This document shows, piece after piece, positions 40,123 to 50,760 of a stretch of 64,000 bases of DNA. The notes beneath the pieces were generated by a model. It had not been told where the DNA came from and searched no databases. It worked only from the letters and a program-made list of their open reading frames with translations. The DNA comes from an uncultured Melioribacteraceae bacterium. Its GTDB lineage: Bacteria; Bacteroidota; Ignavibacteria; Ignavibacteriales; Melioribacteraceae. The stretch spans positions 20,720-84,719 of the forward strand of contig CAZCLA010000011.1 in the NCBI GenBank assembly GCA_964499285.1, given 5' to 3'. Made by a program: the position numbers and the translations under genes. Within the stretch, counting starts at the first letter, position 1. Every line of letters begins with the position of its first letter.

Positions 40123-40398
40123 TAATACCTCAATTTTCGTTTTAAAAGTGGTTTCAAATTAATTAAAAAAACAAGATTTTGTTTGGAAAATTTTGAGTTA
40201 TATTACACGGCGAAAATTATTCGTAAACAAATTGATTTACATTTTTATCAGTAATTCAGTTGATTGCTTTAGTATTAATTTTTAGTTAAGTTGCCCATCA
40301 CTCACGTATACTAAAACTGCTTAAAATTTGACTTAGTAAGAGGGCTATTCGCCTCTAAAATATTTATTTGATATTACATAAATGATTGGAGCTGATTC

Positions 40399-43300
40399 AT
40401 GAAAATTTCTCGACTATTCACCACTCCCGACCAGGATCCATTTGATTCAATAAAATTTGTTAAAAGAATTTCGGAGATAAAAAATCCAGATGGTACAATC
40501 GTTTTCAGGATGGAAGACGTTCACGTACCGGAGCATTGGTCTCAAGTTGCCACAGATATAATTGCACAAAAATATTTTCGGAAAGCCGGAGTACCGCGAC
40601 TTCTAAAAAAAGCAAAAGAAAAAGGTGTTCCTAATTGGCTTCAACCGTCAGTAGCTGATACTGAGCGTTTGGTAGATCTTCCGGAAAAAGAAAGATATTC
40701 AAGTGAAACAGATTCGAGGCAAGTGTTTCATCGTTTAGCAGGAACATGGACATACTGGGGTTGGAAAGCCGAGTATTTTGATGAAGAAGAAGATGCAAAA
40801 GCATTTTACGATGAACTTGTTTACATGCTTGCAATGCAATACGCTGCGCCTAATAGTCCCCAATGGTTTAATACAGGACTTAACTGGGCTTACGGAATTA
40901 ACAGACCGGCACAAGGTCATTATTATGTTGATTTTAAAACTGGGAAATTAACTCAATCAGAAGATGCTTATACTCATCCTCAGCCGCATGCTTGTTTCAT
41001 ACAGGCTGTAAATGATGATCTTGTTAACGAAGGCGGCATAATGGATTTGTGGGTTAGAGAAGCTCGTTTATTCAAATATGGATCCGGAACAGGAACTAAT
41101 TTTTCTGATCTAAGAGGTGTGAACGAACCCTTGAGCGGAGGAGGTAAATCTTCAGGCTTAATGTCATTTTTGAAAATAGGCGATCGTTCTGCCGGGGCGA
41201 TTAAATCAGGCGGTACTACAAGAAGAGCCGCAAAAATGGTTACGATCGATATTGACCATCCCGACATTGAAGAGTACATTAATTGGAAAGTAATTGAAGA
41301 ACAAAAGGTTGCCTCTCTTGTAGCTGGTTCCCATCTGTGTAATTATCACTTGAATGCAGTGATGAGAGCCTGTTATGAAGAACACCCCGAAAACGATCGG
41401 TTCAATAAAAAAACAAATAAGCGTCTTGAGAAAGCAGTAAAGGAAGCACGTCGTGCGTTTATTCCTGAAAGCTATATTGAAAGAGTAATCCACTTTGCGA
41501 AACTTGGTTTCAAATCTGTCGAATTTCCGACTTACAACACCGATTGGAATTCTGAAGCGTATGCTACAGTATCAGGACAAAACTCAAATAACTCAGTTCG
41601 AGTCAATAATGAATTTATGCAGGCTGTTGTTGATGATAAAGATTGGAACCTTTATTGGCGAACAGAATTGAAGAGAGCGAAAAAAGGTGGTTATCCGCCC
41701 AAACCTTGCAAAACGCTTAACGCTCGCGACCTTTGGGAAGATATAGGAAATGCAGCCTGGGCTTGTGCAGATCCGGGACTTCAATACCATACTACAATCA
41801 ATGAATGGCACACCTGTATCGAGGATGGAGAAATTCGTGCATCAAATCCTTGTAGTGAATATATGTTTTTGGACAATACTGCTTGTAATCTTGCATCACT
41901 TAATCTCGTTAAATTCTACAGCGATGAAAAACAAAAATTTAATATTAAAGCATTTCGTCATGCTACAAAACTCTGGACAATCGTTCTTGAAATTAGTGTG
42001 TTGATGGCACAGTATCCTAGCAAGGAAATTGCACAAAGAAGTTATGAATACAGAACACTAGGACTCGGTTATGCAAACCTAGGCTCATTATTAATGCGGC
42101 AGGGAATTTCTTATGATAGTAAAGAAGCACTTGCAATGGGAGGAGCAATTACGGCTATTATGCACATGAAAGCTTATGCGACGAGCGCGGAGATGGCTCG
42201 TGAACTCGGAACTTTTCCTCGCTACGAAACAAACAGCGAAAATATGCTTAAAGTGATAAGAAATCATAGAAGGGCAGCATACAACGTTCCAAAAGAAGAA
42301 TACGAAGGATTAACAACTTTCCCGATGGGAATTGATCCGATGCACTGTCAATCCGATTTGCTTAAAGCTGCTCGTGAAGATGCTGATAAAGCTTTGGAAT
42401 TAGGGACTAAGCACGGATTCAAAAATGCGCAAGTAACCGTAATCGCTCCTACAGGAACAATAGGACTCGTTATGGATTGCGATACTACCGGAATCGAACC
42501 GGATTATGCACTAGTAAAATTCAAAAAGCTTGCCGGGGGCGGATATTTTAAAATCATTAATCAATCAATTCCTCCTGCACTTCGATCGCTTGGGTATAAT
42601 CAAGAACAGATCAACGAAATAGTTAAATATGCAAAAGGTTCCGGAACTCTAGAAGGTTGTTCTCACATCAATCCGGAATCATTGAAAGCGAAAGGCTTCA
42701 CGGATGAAGTTCTTGCAAAACTTGAAAAAATTCTGCCTACTGTTTTTGAAATTGGCTTTGCTTTCAATAAACATACAATTGGAGCAGATTTTGTTGAGAA
42801 GAAATTAGGTATTACAGATGAAGACATAGCCGAAAATGAAAACAGCCTGCTAAGAGCAATCGGTTTTACTAAAGAAGAAATAGCCACTGCCAACGATTAT
42901 GTATGCGGAACCATGACTATCGAGGGTGCTCCTTTCCTAAAATTCGATCACCTTCCGGTGTTTGACTGTGCAAACAAATGTGGTAAAAAAGGGACTAGAT
43001 ACATCACTGTAGATGCACACATTAAAATGATGGCGGCCGCACAACCTTTTATTTCTGGTGCGATTTCGAAGACGATTAATCTTCCGAACCATGCCACAAT
43101 TGAGGATATTAAAAACTCCTATATGAAATCTTGGAAACTTGCAATTAAAGCAAATGCGCTTTATAGAGACGGTTCAAAACTATCTCAGCCTCTTAATTCA
43201 AAAGTTACCGAAGATATTGAAGAGATTTTGGAAAAAGCTGAAGAAAACGATATAGTTAAAATAGCTGAAAAAATAATCCACCGATATATTGCAAAACGCC

Positions 43301-43977
43301 GTCGATTGCCGGATAGAAGAAACGGCTATACTCAAAAAGCAAAAATTAATGGTCAAACCGTTTACATCAGAACAGGGGAATATGAGAACGGTCAGATTGG
43401 TGAAATTTTCATTGATATGCATAAAGAAGGTGCTGCTTTCAGAAGTTTGCTGAATAATTTTGCAATTGCCATCTCTCTCGGTTTGCAGCATGGAGTACCG
43501 CTTGAAGAATTTGTTGACGCTTTTGTTTTTACAAGATTTGAACCAAGCGGTGTTGTTACAGGAAACGATAGAATTAAAATGTCAACTTCAGTAATTGACT
43601 ATATTTTCCGTGAACTTGCCGTAACATATCTTGGAAGAAACGATCTTTCACATGTCGATAATCCTGATGGATACAAACCAGAAAGGAAATTGAACATCGA
43701 TAATATGGACAGCGATTTTGAAAGTGAGGAAATTGTCAGTACAAGAATGATTGTTCTTGATAAAGCTGATGGAGCAAATAGAAAGAGAAATGGGCAGCAG
43801 GTTAAAGGAGGAAACGGAAGAGGAGAAGTTTTTGCAGGTCACCAGAAAAGTTATGATGATGCTCGTCAGCAAGGTTATACCGGTGATATCTGTCCCGAAT
43901 GCCAAAGTATGACAATGGTAAGGAATGGGACCTGTCTTAAATGCGTAACTTGCGGATCAACGACCGGGTGTAGTTAA
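40399..43977 (+). CDS. nrdJ: Class II (adenosylcobalamin-dependent) ribonucleotide reductase
   Basis: 1192 aa. Active-site region [52 protein letters not shown], and a Cys-rich C-terminal tail CPECQ...[14 protein letters not shown]. Confidence 0.9.
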   Translation: MKISRLFTTPDQDPFDSIKFVKRISEIKNPDGTIVFRMEDVHVPEHWSQVATDIIAQKYFRKAGVPRLLKKAKEKGVPNWLQPSVADTERLVDLPEKERYSSETDSRQVFHRLAGTWTYWGWKAEYFDEEEDAKAFYDELVYMLAMQYAAPNSPQWFNTGLNWAYGINRPAQGHYYVDFKTGKLTQSEDAYTHPQPHACFIQAVNDDLVNEGGIMDLWVREARLFKYGSGTGTNFSDLRGVNEPLSGGGKSSGLMSFLKIGDRSAGAIKSGGTTRRAAKMVTIDIDHPDIEEYINWKVIEEQKVASLVAGSHLCNYHLNAVMRACYEEHPENDRFNKKTNKRLEKAVKEARRAFIPESYIERVIHFAKLGFKSVEFPTYNTDWNSEAYATVSGQNSNNSVRVNNEFMQAVVDDKDWNLYWRTELKRAKKGGYPPKPCKTLNARDLWEDIGNAAWACADPGLQYHTTINEWHTCIEDGEIRASNPCSEYMFLDNTACNLASLNLVKFYSDEKQKFNIKAFRHATKLWTIVLEISVLMAQYPSKEIAQRSYEYRTLGLGYANLGSLLMRQGISYDSKEALAMGGAITAIMHMKAYATSAEMARELGTFPRYETNSENMLKVIRNHRRAAYNVPKEEYEGLTTFPMGIDPMHCQSDLLKAAREDADKALELGTKHGFKNAQVTVIAPTGTIGLVMDCDTTGIEPDYALVKFKKLAGGGYFKIINQSIPPALRSLGYNQEQINEIVKYAKGSGTLEGCSHINPESLKAKGFTDEVLAKLEKILPTVFEIGFAFNKHTIGADFVEKKLGITDEDIAENENSLLRAIGFTKEEIATANDYVCGTMTIEGAPFLKFDHLPVFDCANKCGKKGTRYITVDAHIKMMAAAQPFISGAISKTINLPNHATIEDIKNSYMKSWKLAIKANALYRDGSKLSQPLNSKVTEDIEEILEKAEENDIVKIAEKIIHRYIAKRRRLPDRRNGYTQKAKINGQTVYIRTGEYENGQIGEIFIDMHKEGAAFRSLLNNFAIAISLGLQHGVPLEEFVDAFVFTRFEPSGVVTGNDRIKMSTSVIDYIFRELAVTYLGRNDLSHVDNPDGYKPERKLNIDNMDSDFESEEIVSTRMIVLDKADGANRKRNGQQVKGGNGRGEVFAGHQKSYDDARQQGYTGDICPECQSMTMVRNGTCLKCVTCGSTTGCS

Positions 43978-44000
43978 TCATTTTTAAATAGAGATTTTCT

Positions 44001-44026
44001 AAGGCTGTCCAAAGACAGCCTTTTTT
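44001..44026 (+). terminator. Rho-independent terminator after nrdJ
   Basis: AAGGCTGTC (44001-09) pairs with GACAGCCTT (44014-22), followed by a T-run. Confidence 0.85.
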
Positions 44027-44170
44027 AATTTAAAATTTAATGCACATTTGATTAATCCGAAGTAAAAGTGATGGCTATGGCTAAAAACTGCCATATGAAA
44101 ATTTTGTATCTTTAAATTATAAATAAAATTTTTGATGAAATTGGCTAATTCAAGAATATCTCGTTTATCG

Positions 44171-44199
44171 TTGACATTTGGATCAAAATAAAATAGATT
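44171..44199 (+). promoter_or_regulatory. Candidate sigma70-type promoter (TTGACA-17 nt-TAGATT) upstream of yggS
   Basis: Hexamers read directly, 20 nt upstream of ATG 44219. Confidence 0.4.
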
Positions 44200-44218
44200 T
44201 TCCCTCTTAATTGTAAAG

Positions 44219-44902
44219 ATGATTTCTATAAACTTAAATAAAGTTCAAGATCAAATTTTAAGCAAATGCTCTGAAATTGGAAGAGATGCAAACGATATAA
44301 TATTAATTGCTGTCTCAAAAACGCAATCAATCGAGAATATTAATGCAGCTCATCAAATTGGACTTAGACATTTTGGAGAAAACAAAGCGCAGGAGTTGAG
44401 GGATAAAGGAAAAGCCATTAAGCTTGACATTGCATGGCATTTTATAGGACATCTTCAAAAAAATAAAGCTAAGTACGCAGTCGAGTTTGCAGAATATATT
44501 CATTCTGTAGATTCAATTAAGCTTCTAGATGAAATAGATAAACAGGCTGCAAAGTTCGGTAAAGTTCAAAAATTTTTGATTGAGGCAAATACTTCCGGTG
44601 AGGAGTCAAAATATGGGATCGCAAATTTTAATAATATTGTTGAACTTGCAAAATACTCTGAATCATTGAAAAACGTAAAGTTCATTGGATTAATGACGAT
44701 GGCGCCGTTCGTCGAGGATGAAACGATAATAAGAAATTCTTTCAAAATGTTGAAGGAATATTTTGAGAAACTGAAAGTCACAGGATTTGATATTAAACAT
44801 CTTTCGATGGGAATGACAAACGATTATTTAATTGCTCTGGAAGAAGGAGCAACTATGTTAAGAATCGGCACGGCTTTATTCGGTGAAAGAAATTATAATT
44901 AA
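44219..44902 (+). CDS. yggS: YggS/YlmE family PLP-binding protein
   Basis: LIAVSKTQ (PLP-lysine), HFGENKAQE, HFIGHLQKNK, LSMGMTNDY. Confidence 0.9.
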   Translation: MISINLNKVQDQILSKCSEIGRDANDIILIAVSKTQSIENINAAHQIGLRHFGENKAQELRDKGKAIKLDIAWHFIGHLQKNKAKYAVEFAEYIHSVDSIKLLDEIDKQAAKFGKVQKFLIEANTSGEESKYGIANFNNIVELAKYSESLKNVKFIGLMTMAPFVEDETIIRNSFKMLKEYFEKLKVTGFDIKHLSMGMTNDYLIALEEGATMLRIGTALFGERNYN

Positions 44903-44913
44903 TAGAGAATGGA

Positions 44914-45462
44914 ATGAAATACACCCCGCACAGCATAAAAAATCAAGAATTTAACAGATCCGTCAGAGGTTATGATAAGGAAGAGGTTGAAGCTTTTCTC
45001 GATAAATTGTCCGATGAATTTGAAAATCTGATCGAACAAAATGAAAATTTGACGAAAGAACTTGATCAACTAAATAAAAAGATCAAGGACTACCAACGGA
45101 TTGAAAAAAATCTTCAGGAAACTTTACTAAGCGCGCAGGAATCTTCTTCAAAAGCTTTTGATTCAGTAAAAAAGCAAACTGCGATGATTCTAAAAGAAGC
45201 TGAACTTAAAGCTGCGCAAATTGTTGATAGAGCAAATGAGGAAGCCGAAATTATTAGAAACGCGGTTGCAAATTTACGAGAAGAAAAAAAATTACTTGTG
45301 TCGAGATTAAAATCAATGATCGATGTACAATCCGAGGTGTTGATTCGAAATCTAGAACAACAAAACGTTTTTTCGAAACCAAAAAGTTCTGAAGTCAGAA
45401 AAGATGTAAAGAAAACTAACGATAACATTAATGTCGATGATATATTGGAGAAATTATTGTGA
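44914..45462 (+). CDS. DivIVA domain protein
   Basis: TPHSIKNQEFNRSVRGYDKEEVEAFLDKLSDEFENL, followed by a coiled coil. Confidence 0.85.
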   Translation: MKYTPHSIKNQEFNRSVRGYDKEEVEAFLDKLSDEFENLIEQNENLTKELDQLNKKIKDYQRIEKNLQETLLSAQESSSKAFDSVKKQTAMILKEAELKAAQIVDRANEEAEIIRNAVANLREEKKLLVSRLKSMIDVQSEVLIRNLEQQNVFSKPKSSEVRKDVKKTNDNINVDDILEKLL

Positions 45463-46280
45463 GTGAGCTAATCAATAAAATTAATGAAACCATTAAGGTT
45501 CTGAGAGACGTGACAGACAAAAATTATGAAGTTGGGATAATTCTCGGCACGGGTCTTGGTGGCTTAGTAAAGGATATTGAAATTGTGCATACTATCGATT
45601 ACGGCGATATCCCTCATTTTCCACTGTCAACTGTTGAATCTCATCACGGAAAATTAATCTTTGGAAAATTAAGCGGAAAAAATGTTGTAGTGATGCAGGG
45701 AAGGTTTCATTACTACGAAGGTTATTCGATGAAGCAGATTACATATCCGGTTAGAGTAATGAAATTTCTTGGAGTTAAAACCCTGCTTCTTTCGAACGCT
45801 TGCGGTGGTATGAATCCAATCTATCAGCGCGGTGATCTGATGATTATGAATGATCATATCAATCTGCTTGGTGATAATCCGTTGATTGGTAAGAACGAAG
45901 ATGAGCTAGGACCCCGTTTCCCCGATATGAGCGAACCATACAGTAAACGTTTAATCGATCTTGCTGAAGATGCTGCACTTAAGAACGGAATAAAAGTACA
46001 CAAAGGTGTTTATGTTGCGGTACCAGGTCCCAATTTAGAAACACGTGCTGAATACAGGTTCCTCAGAGATATCGGTGCTGATGTGGTCGGAATGTCTTCG
46101 ATTCCAGAGGATATAGTAGCAGTTCATATGGGAATGGAAGTATTCGGTTTAAGTATTATCACCGATGAATGTTTTCCGGATTCTTTGAAACCTGTTGTTG
46201 TTGAAGAGATCATAGAAGCTGCGAACCAAGCCGAGCCAAAAATGACAACAATAATGAAAGAATTGGTAAATGCCTTATGA
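45459..46280 (+). CDS. Purine nucleoside phosphorylase (PNP family, inosine/guanosine type)
   Basis: GTG start. IILGTGLGG, MQGRFHYYEGY, LSNACGG, VAVPGPNLETRAEYRF, GMSSIPE. Confidence 0.9.
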   Translation: MSELINKINETIKVLRDVTDKNYEVGIILGTGLGGLVKDIEIVHTIDYGDIPHFPLSTVESHHGKLIFGKLSGKNVVVMQGRFHYYEGYSMKQITYPVRVMKFLGVKTLLLSNACGGMNPIYQRGDLMIMNDHINLLGDNPLIGKNEDELGPRFPDMSEPYSKRLIDLAEDAALKNGIKVHKGVYVAVPGPNLETRAEYRFLRDIGADVVGMSSIPEDIVAVHMGMEVFGLSIITDECFPDSLKPVVVEEIIEAANQAEPKMTTIMKELVNAL

Positions 46281-46885
46281 ATAAAAAGCAATTATATTAT
46301 CTGACACCTGCGCTTTTAGGAATTTTAGTGTTCAGCTCAAATTTTTTGAGCACGGATCTGTTTCAAATCGGTTTTCAAAATTTTGCGGTTTGGTTCTCCT
46401 TATCGCTATTGGTTTTTGCTTGCGGCTGGTTTATCAACCACACCTTCGGTTACATTTATGGAGGAAAAGTTGTGTTTGCAGTAGTTGTTGCAACGACAAT
46501 ACTCAGTTTAGTTATGGTTTTTATTTTCAATAAATATTTTGGTTTTACAGATTTATTGACCGAAAATCTAATTCTGTTTTCACTTCGAAACATTACATTA
46601 GGTGCAATGGGGTTTTTCGGTATGGCTGTTCCTGAAGTGATCCGACTGCAAAAAGAGAATGAAACCTTAAGGACAAAAGGAGAGAATTACGAATCGCTTT
46701 TGGAAAGAAGCAAAAAAGAAGCTGAACTAACGATCCAAGAAGCAAAAATTAAAGCGGAAAAGATTATATTTGAAGCCGAAAAAAAATCGAATGATATACT
46801 TTTGAAAAAAGAACAGATTGAAACCAATCTGAAACAGTTTATTCAAATCGAAAGAGAACTAATAAATAAATACCAGGAAGATTAA
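46277..46885 (+). CDS. Hypothetical membrane protein (about 4 TM) with a C-terminal cytoplasmic coiled coil
   Basis: 202 aa. Hydrophobic N-terminal 120 aa, then LQKENETLRTKGENYESLLERSKKEAELTIQEAKIKAEK... ATGA overlap with the PNP gene. Confidence 0.6.
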   Translation: MNKKQLYYLTPALLGILVFSSNFLSTDLFQIGFQNFAVWFSLSLLVFACGWFINHTFGYIYGGKVVFAVVVATTILSLVMVFIFNKYFGFTDLLTENLILFSLRNITLGAMGFFGMAVPEVIRLQKENETLRTKGENYESLLERSKKEAELTIQEAKIKAEKIIFEAEKKSNDILLKKEQIETNLKQFIQIERELINKYQED

Positions 46886-46908
46886 TTTTTTAACAAATAT
46901 CGAGAATC

Positions 46909-49900
46909 ATGTTTAAGCAATACCCCGACAAACTCAGTTATCCTGAAATAGAAAACCAAATTCTAAAATTCTGGGAAGAAAATAAGATATTCGAAGCAAG
47001 CGTAGAAGAACGGAGCGAGAATAAATCATTTACATTTTATGAAGGCCCGCCTACGGCAAACGGAAAACCGGGTCTTCATCACGTTTTGGCAAGAGCATTA
47101 AAGGATTTGGTCTGCCGATACAAGACAATGCAAGGTTATAGAGTAAACAGAAAAGCTGGATGGGATACTCATGGACTTCCGGTTGAAATTGAAGTTGAAA
47201 AGCAACTCGGAATTAAGAGTAAGAGTGAAATCCCCGAATTCGGCGTTGCAAAATATAATGCCGCCTGTCGAGATTCTGTTTTTACCTATAAAGATCTTTG
47301 GGAAAAAATGACGACCCGTATGGGTTATTGGGTTAATCTCGAAGATGCTTATATAACTTGTACCAACGAATATATCGAATCTGTATGGTGGGCTTTAAAA
47401 ACTCTTTTTGATAAAGGGTTGATCTACAAGGATTATAAAATAGTTCCTCAGTGCCCTAAATCGGAAACTGTTCTTTCATCGCACGAACTTGCTCTCGGTT
47501 ACAAAGAGACAAAGGATCCTTCAGTTTATGTGATGATGAAAATTAAGGATGAAAATATTACAAATGGCGAAGATGTTTCTTTCCTCGTTTGGACTACTAC
47601 ACCTTGGACACTTATATCGAACGTCGCGCTCGCCGTCGGTCCTGATGTTGAATATGCTAAGGTGAGAAATGAAGGAAAAACTTTGATTCTTGCTAAAGAT
47701 CGGCTCAACGTTCTCAGAGAAGATTATGAAATAATAGACACTTATTCCGGACGAGATTTGGAAGGTACTGAATACGAACAACTTCTCGATTATGTTCAAG
47801 TCGATAAAAAAGCTTTTTTTGTATGTCTTGCAGATTTTGTCAGCACAGATGACGGTTCGGGAATAGTTCACATTGCTCCTGCATTTGGAGCCGATGACTA
47901 TGATCTATCAAAAAAATATGATCTGCCGTTTTTACAGCCGGTTACTCCGGGGGGCAAATTTACAGCGGAGGTTTCTGATTTTGCGGGTCAATTTGTAAAA
48001 GATGCGGATGCTGATATTATTTATAAATTGAAAACGATGGATAAGCTGTATAAAAAAGAAACTATAGTTCACTCATATCCTTTCAGTTGGAGATTTGATA
48101 ATGTCCCAGTCATTTATTACGCACGTGAATCTTGGTTCATCCGAACGACTCAGTTAGCAGAAAGAATGGTTCAACTTAACAAAACTATAAAGTGGCACCC
48201 GCCTGAAGTGGGCGCGGGAAGATTCGGTAATTGGCTTGAAGAAAATAAAGACTGGGCTCTTTCAAGAGATCGTTTTTGGGCAACTCCTCTTCCGATTTGG
48301 ATCAGCGATGACGGAGATATGTTTGCCGTAGGAAGTGTTGAAGAATTAAAACAAGGTTTTATAGAAAAAGACGGAAAAAGATTTTCCGTTTCCGAGTTAG
48401 AAGAAATTGATCTGCATAAACCATTTGTAGATGATGTAAAATTTGAGAAAAATGGCAAAATCTACAAAAGAACCCCTGAACTTATAGACGTTTGGTTTGA
48501 TTCGGGGGCAATGCCATTTGCTCAATATCACTATCCATTTGAAAACAAAGAACTTTTCGAGAAAAATTTCCCAAGCGATTTTATCTGTGAAGGAATTGAT
48601 CAAACTAGAGGCTGGTTCTATACTTTACATGCAATCGGGACTATGTTGTTTGACGATGTGGCTTATAAAAACATCGTTGTAAACGAACTGATTCTTGATA
48701 AAAATGGATTGAAAATGTCCAAATCGAAAGGCAATGCGGTTGATCCGTTTGAACTTTTCGATAAATATGGCGCCGATGCAACCCGCTGGTATCTGGTAGC
48801 TGCTAGTCCGCCTTGGCGGCCGAAGCTGTTCGATACAGAAGGAATTTTAGAAGTACAGAGAAAATTCTTCGGCACACTTATTAATACGTACTCATTCTTT
48901 TCTCTCTATGCGAACATTGATAATTTTGACTTTGGTGAAGAGAAAATTCCGTATGAAAATCGTCCCGAGATTGACAGATGGATAATTTCGAAAATGAACA
49001 GTCTTCTGAAAGATTACACTGAGTACTTCGAGGACTATGAGGTTACAAAGGCAGCAAGAGCAATCTCAAACTTTACGATTGATCAGCTCTCAAATTGGTA
49101 CGTCAGAAGAAGCAGAAGAAGATTTTGGAAATCCGAAGTGAACGAAAATAAGTTGTCGGCTTATCAGACTTTGTATGAATGCCTGCTTACTGTTTCCAAA
49201 CTGATGGCACCGTTCGCACCTTTCGTGGCAGAAGATTTATATCAAAAACTAAACAACTCTACCGGAAAAGAAAGTTGCAAATCTGTTCACTTAGCAATAA
49301 TTCCGGAACCTGATTTTATTGATAAGGATTTGGAACTGAAGATGGAAGTAGCTCAGCAGGTTGTCTATCTCACAAGATCAATCAGAGCAAAATCCAACTT
49401 AAAAGTGAGACAGCCGTTGAAGAAAATACTTGTTGCAGTTGATTTGGAAAAACGGGCAGCTGTCGAAAAAATGAAAGAAGTAATACTTGAGGAAATAAAT
49501 ATAAAGGAATTGGAGTTATTGACCGATGATTCCGGAATTGTGAACAAATCGGCGAAAGCAAACTTTAAGACTCTCGGCCCAAAGTATGGAAAATTGATGA
49601 AATTACTTGCCACAGAAATAAGTAAATTCGGTCAAAAAGAGATTGCGGAAATAGAAAAAAATGGTAAATTGAATCTTCAATTAGAAGGTGAAAATGTTCT
49701 TCTTACATCCGAAGATGTCGAGATAATTTCCACCGAAATCGAAGGTTGGGTTGTTGAAACCGAACTTGGTGTTACTGTCGCTCTCGATACTGAAATTACT
49801 GAAGAACTCCTTGCTGAAGGTTATGCGAGAGAATTTGTAAACAGAATTCAAAATATGAGGAAAGACTTAGGATTTGATGTTATGGACAGAATAAATATAT

Positions 49901-50073
49901 CATATAATTCAGATACTACTTTTCATGGATATATTAATTTATTTGCCGACTACATCAAAAAGGAAACACTTGCAGTTGATATTTCAACCGGAAACGGTGA
50001 GGAGAAAAATGTTCAAGATTGGGAAATAGGTGATTTTAACTGTAAAATAGCAATTGAAAAAGCTGGTAATTAA
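46909..50073 (+). CDS. ileS: Isoleucyl-tRNA synthetase (long, type 2-like)
   Basis: PPTANGKPGLHHVLARALKD (HIGH region), KMSKSKGN, 1054 aa. Confidence 0.95.
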   Translation: MFKQYPDKLSYPEIENQILKFWEENKIFEASVEERSENKSFTFYEGPPTANGKPGLHHVLARALKDLVCRYKTMQGYRVNRKAGWDTHGLPVEIEVEKQLGIKSKSEIPEFGVAKYNAACRDSVFTYKDLWEKMTTRMGYWVNLEDAYITCTNEYIESVWWALKTLFDKGLIYKDYKIVPQCPKSETVLSSHELALGYKETKDPSVYVMMKIKDENITNGEDVSFLVWTTTPWTLISNVALAVGPDVEYAKVRNEGKTLILAKDRLNVLREDYEIIDTYSGRDLEGTEYEQLLDYVQVDKKAFFVCLADFVSTDDGSGIVHIAPAFGADDYDLSKKYDLPFLQPVTPGGKFTAEVSDFAGQFVKDADADIIYKLKTMDKLYKKETIVHSYPFSWRFDNVPVIYYARESWFIRTTQLAERMVQLNKTIKWHPPEVGAGRFGNWLEENKDWALSRDRFWATPLPIWISDDGDMFAVGSVEELKQGFIEKDGKRFSVSELEEIDLHKPFVDDVKFEKNGKIYKRTPELIDVWFDSGAMPFAQYHYPFENKELFEKNFPSDFICEGIDQTRGWFYTLHAIGTMLFDDVAYKNIVVNELILDKNGLKMSKSKGNAVDPFELFDKYGADATRWYLVAASPPWRPKLFDTEGILEVQRKFFGTLINTYSFFSLYANIDNFDFGEEKIPYENRPEIDRWIISKMNSLLKDYTEYFEDYEVTKAARAISNFTIDQLSNWYVRRSRRRFWKSEVNENKLSAYQTLYECLLTVSKLMAPFAPFVAEDLYQKLNNSTGKESCKSVHLAIIPEPDFIDKDLELKMEVAQQVVYLTRSIRAKSNLKVRQPLKKILVAVDLEKRAAVEKMKEVILEEINIKELELLTDDSGIVNKSAKANFKTLGPKYGKLMKLLATEISKFGQKEIAEIEKNGKLNLQLEGENVLLTSEDVEIISTEIEGWVVETELGVTVALDTEITEELLAEGYAREFVNRIQNMRKDLGFDVMDRINISYNSDTTFHGYINLFADYIKKETLAVDISTGNGEEKNVQDWEIGDFNCKIAIEKAGN

Positions 50074-50099
50074 ATATATTACCTTAACTCGGAGGTATT

Positions 50100-50738
50100 A
50101 TGGCTAAAAAGACTACAAAAAAAACGACAAAGTCGAAAAAAGAGGCAAAGCCAAAAAAAGCAGTAACAAAAAAATCTACTGTGAAAAAGAGTGCTTCTGC
50201 GAAGTCGACTAAGAAAACTTCTCCAAAGAAGACAGCAGCAAAGAAAACAGTTTCTAAAAAAACTGCTCCTAAGAAGACTACTGTTAAAAAATCAGACGCC
50301 AAGAAATCCGGTTCATCAAGCCGGATAAAAAAATCTTATACAAAAAAAGAGCTTGCCGAGTTCAAGGAAATAATTCTTGAGAGAAGAGAGGAGATCATAA
50401 CTCAGCTTCAAAATCTGAAAGAACAAATGATGGATCCCACAACCGGTCAATATGTTAATGAGAGCAGCCCTTATTCGCTTCATATGGCGGAACAAGGAAC
50501 TGATGCTCAAGAACGCGAAAAACTGTATCTATGGGCACAGCGTGAAAATAAATTTTTAGGTTATTTGGAAGACGCTCTTCAACGTATAGAAGCCGGCACA
50601 TACGGAATCTGCATCGAATGTTTTGATGAACCTCAGCATCTTTGCCCAACGTGTCCGCTTATTCCTAAAGAACGATTGAAAGCTGTTCCACACACTCAGC
50701 ATTGTGTGCAGATTAAACAGCAGATGCAGAAAAGATAA
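50100..50738 (+). CDS. DksA/TraR-family zinc-finger protein with a lysine-rich histone-H1-like N-terminal extension
   Basis: aa 1-75 are a K/T/S/A-rich low-complexity region containing TSPKKT and APKKT. The C-terminus has a DksA-like coiled coil plus GTYGICIECFDEPQHLCPTCPLIPKERLKAVPHTQHC. Sits between ileS and lspA. Confidence 0.8.
   Translation: MAKKTTKKTTKSKKEAKPKKAVTKKSTVKKSASAKSTKKTSPKKTAAKKTVSKKTAPKKTTVKKSDAKKSGSSSRIKKSYTKKELAEFKEIILERREEIITQLQNLKEQMMDPTTGQYVNESSPYSLHMAEQGTDAQEREKLYLWAQRENKFLGYLEDALQRIEAGTYGICIECFDEPQHLCPTCPLIPKERLKAVPHTQHCVQIKQQMQKR
50103..50315 (+). repeat. Low-complexity lysine-codon-rich coding repeat (xKKTxx units)
   Basis: Reiterated AAG/AAA-rich units encode KKTTKKTTKSKK...KKTVSKKTAPKKTTVKKSDAKKS. 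This produces the Phe-rich shadow ORF on the opposite strand. Confidence 0.8.
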
Positions 50739-50760
50739 TTGAAAATATAGGATAATTTTT

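Noticed and set aside
40123-40398. Possible cobalamin riboswitch or NrdR boxes in the 276-nt leader of the B12-dependent RNR gene
   Set aside because: I could not find a B12-box-like element (conserved GCCACTG-type core) or a convincing tandem 16-bp NrdR palindrome. There is only a short GTATAC palindrome and a weak hairpin (AGAGGGC..GCCTCT) near the RBS. The region is AT-rich and looks unstructured. A covariance-model scan (Rfam Cobalamin) would be decisive.
40399-43977. Intein inside the unusually long (1192 aa) nrdJ
   Set aside because: The sequence reads as continuous RNR-like sequence with the long-form NrdJ insertions. No Cys/Ser...His-Asn-Cys/Ser/Thr splice-junction blocks or homing-endonuclease motifs were seen.
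44040-44110. Tiny ORF / hairpin (ATGGCTATGGCTAAAAACTGCCATATG...) between nrdJ and yggS
   Set aside because: It would encode only 14 codons, has no SD, and the apparent stem is short. It is most likely chance sequence in a promoter region.
50084-50302. 72-aa Phe-rich ORF on the minus strand
   Set aside because: It is a mirror image of the lysine-codon (AAA/AAG) repeat of the DksA-like gene, so it is a shadow ORF.
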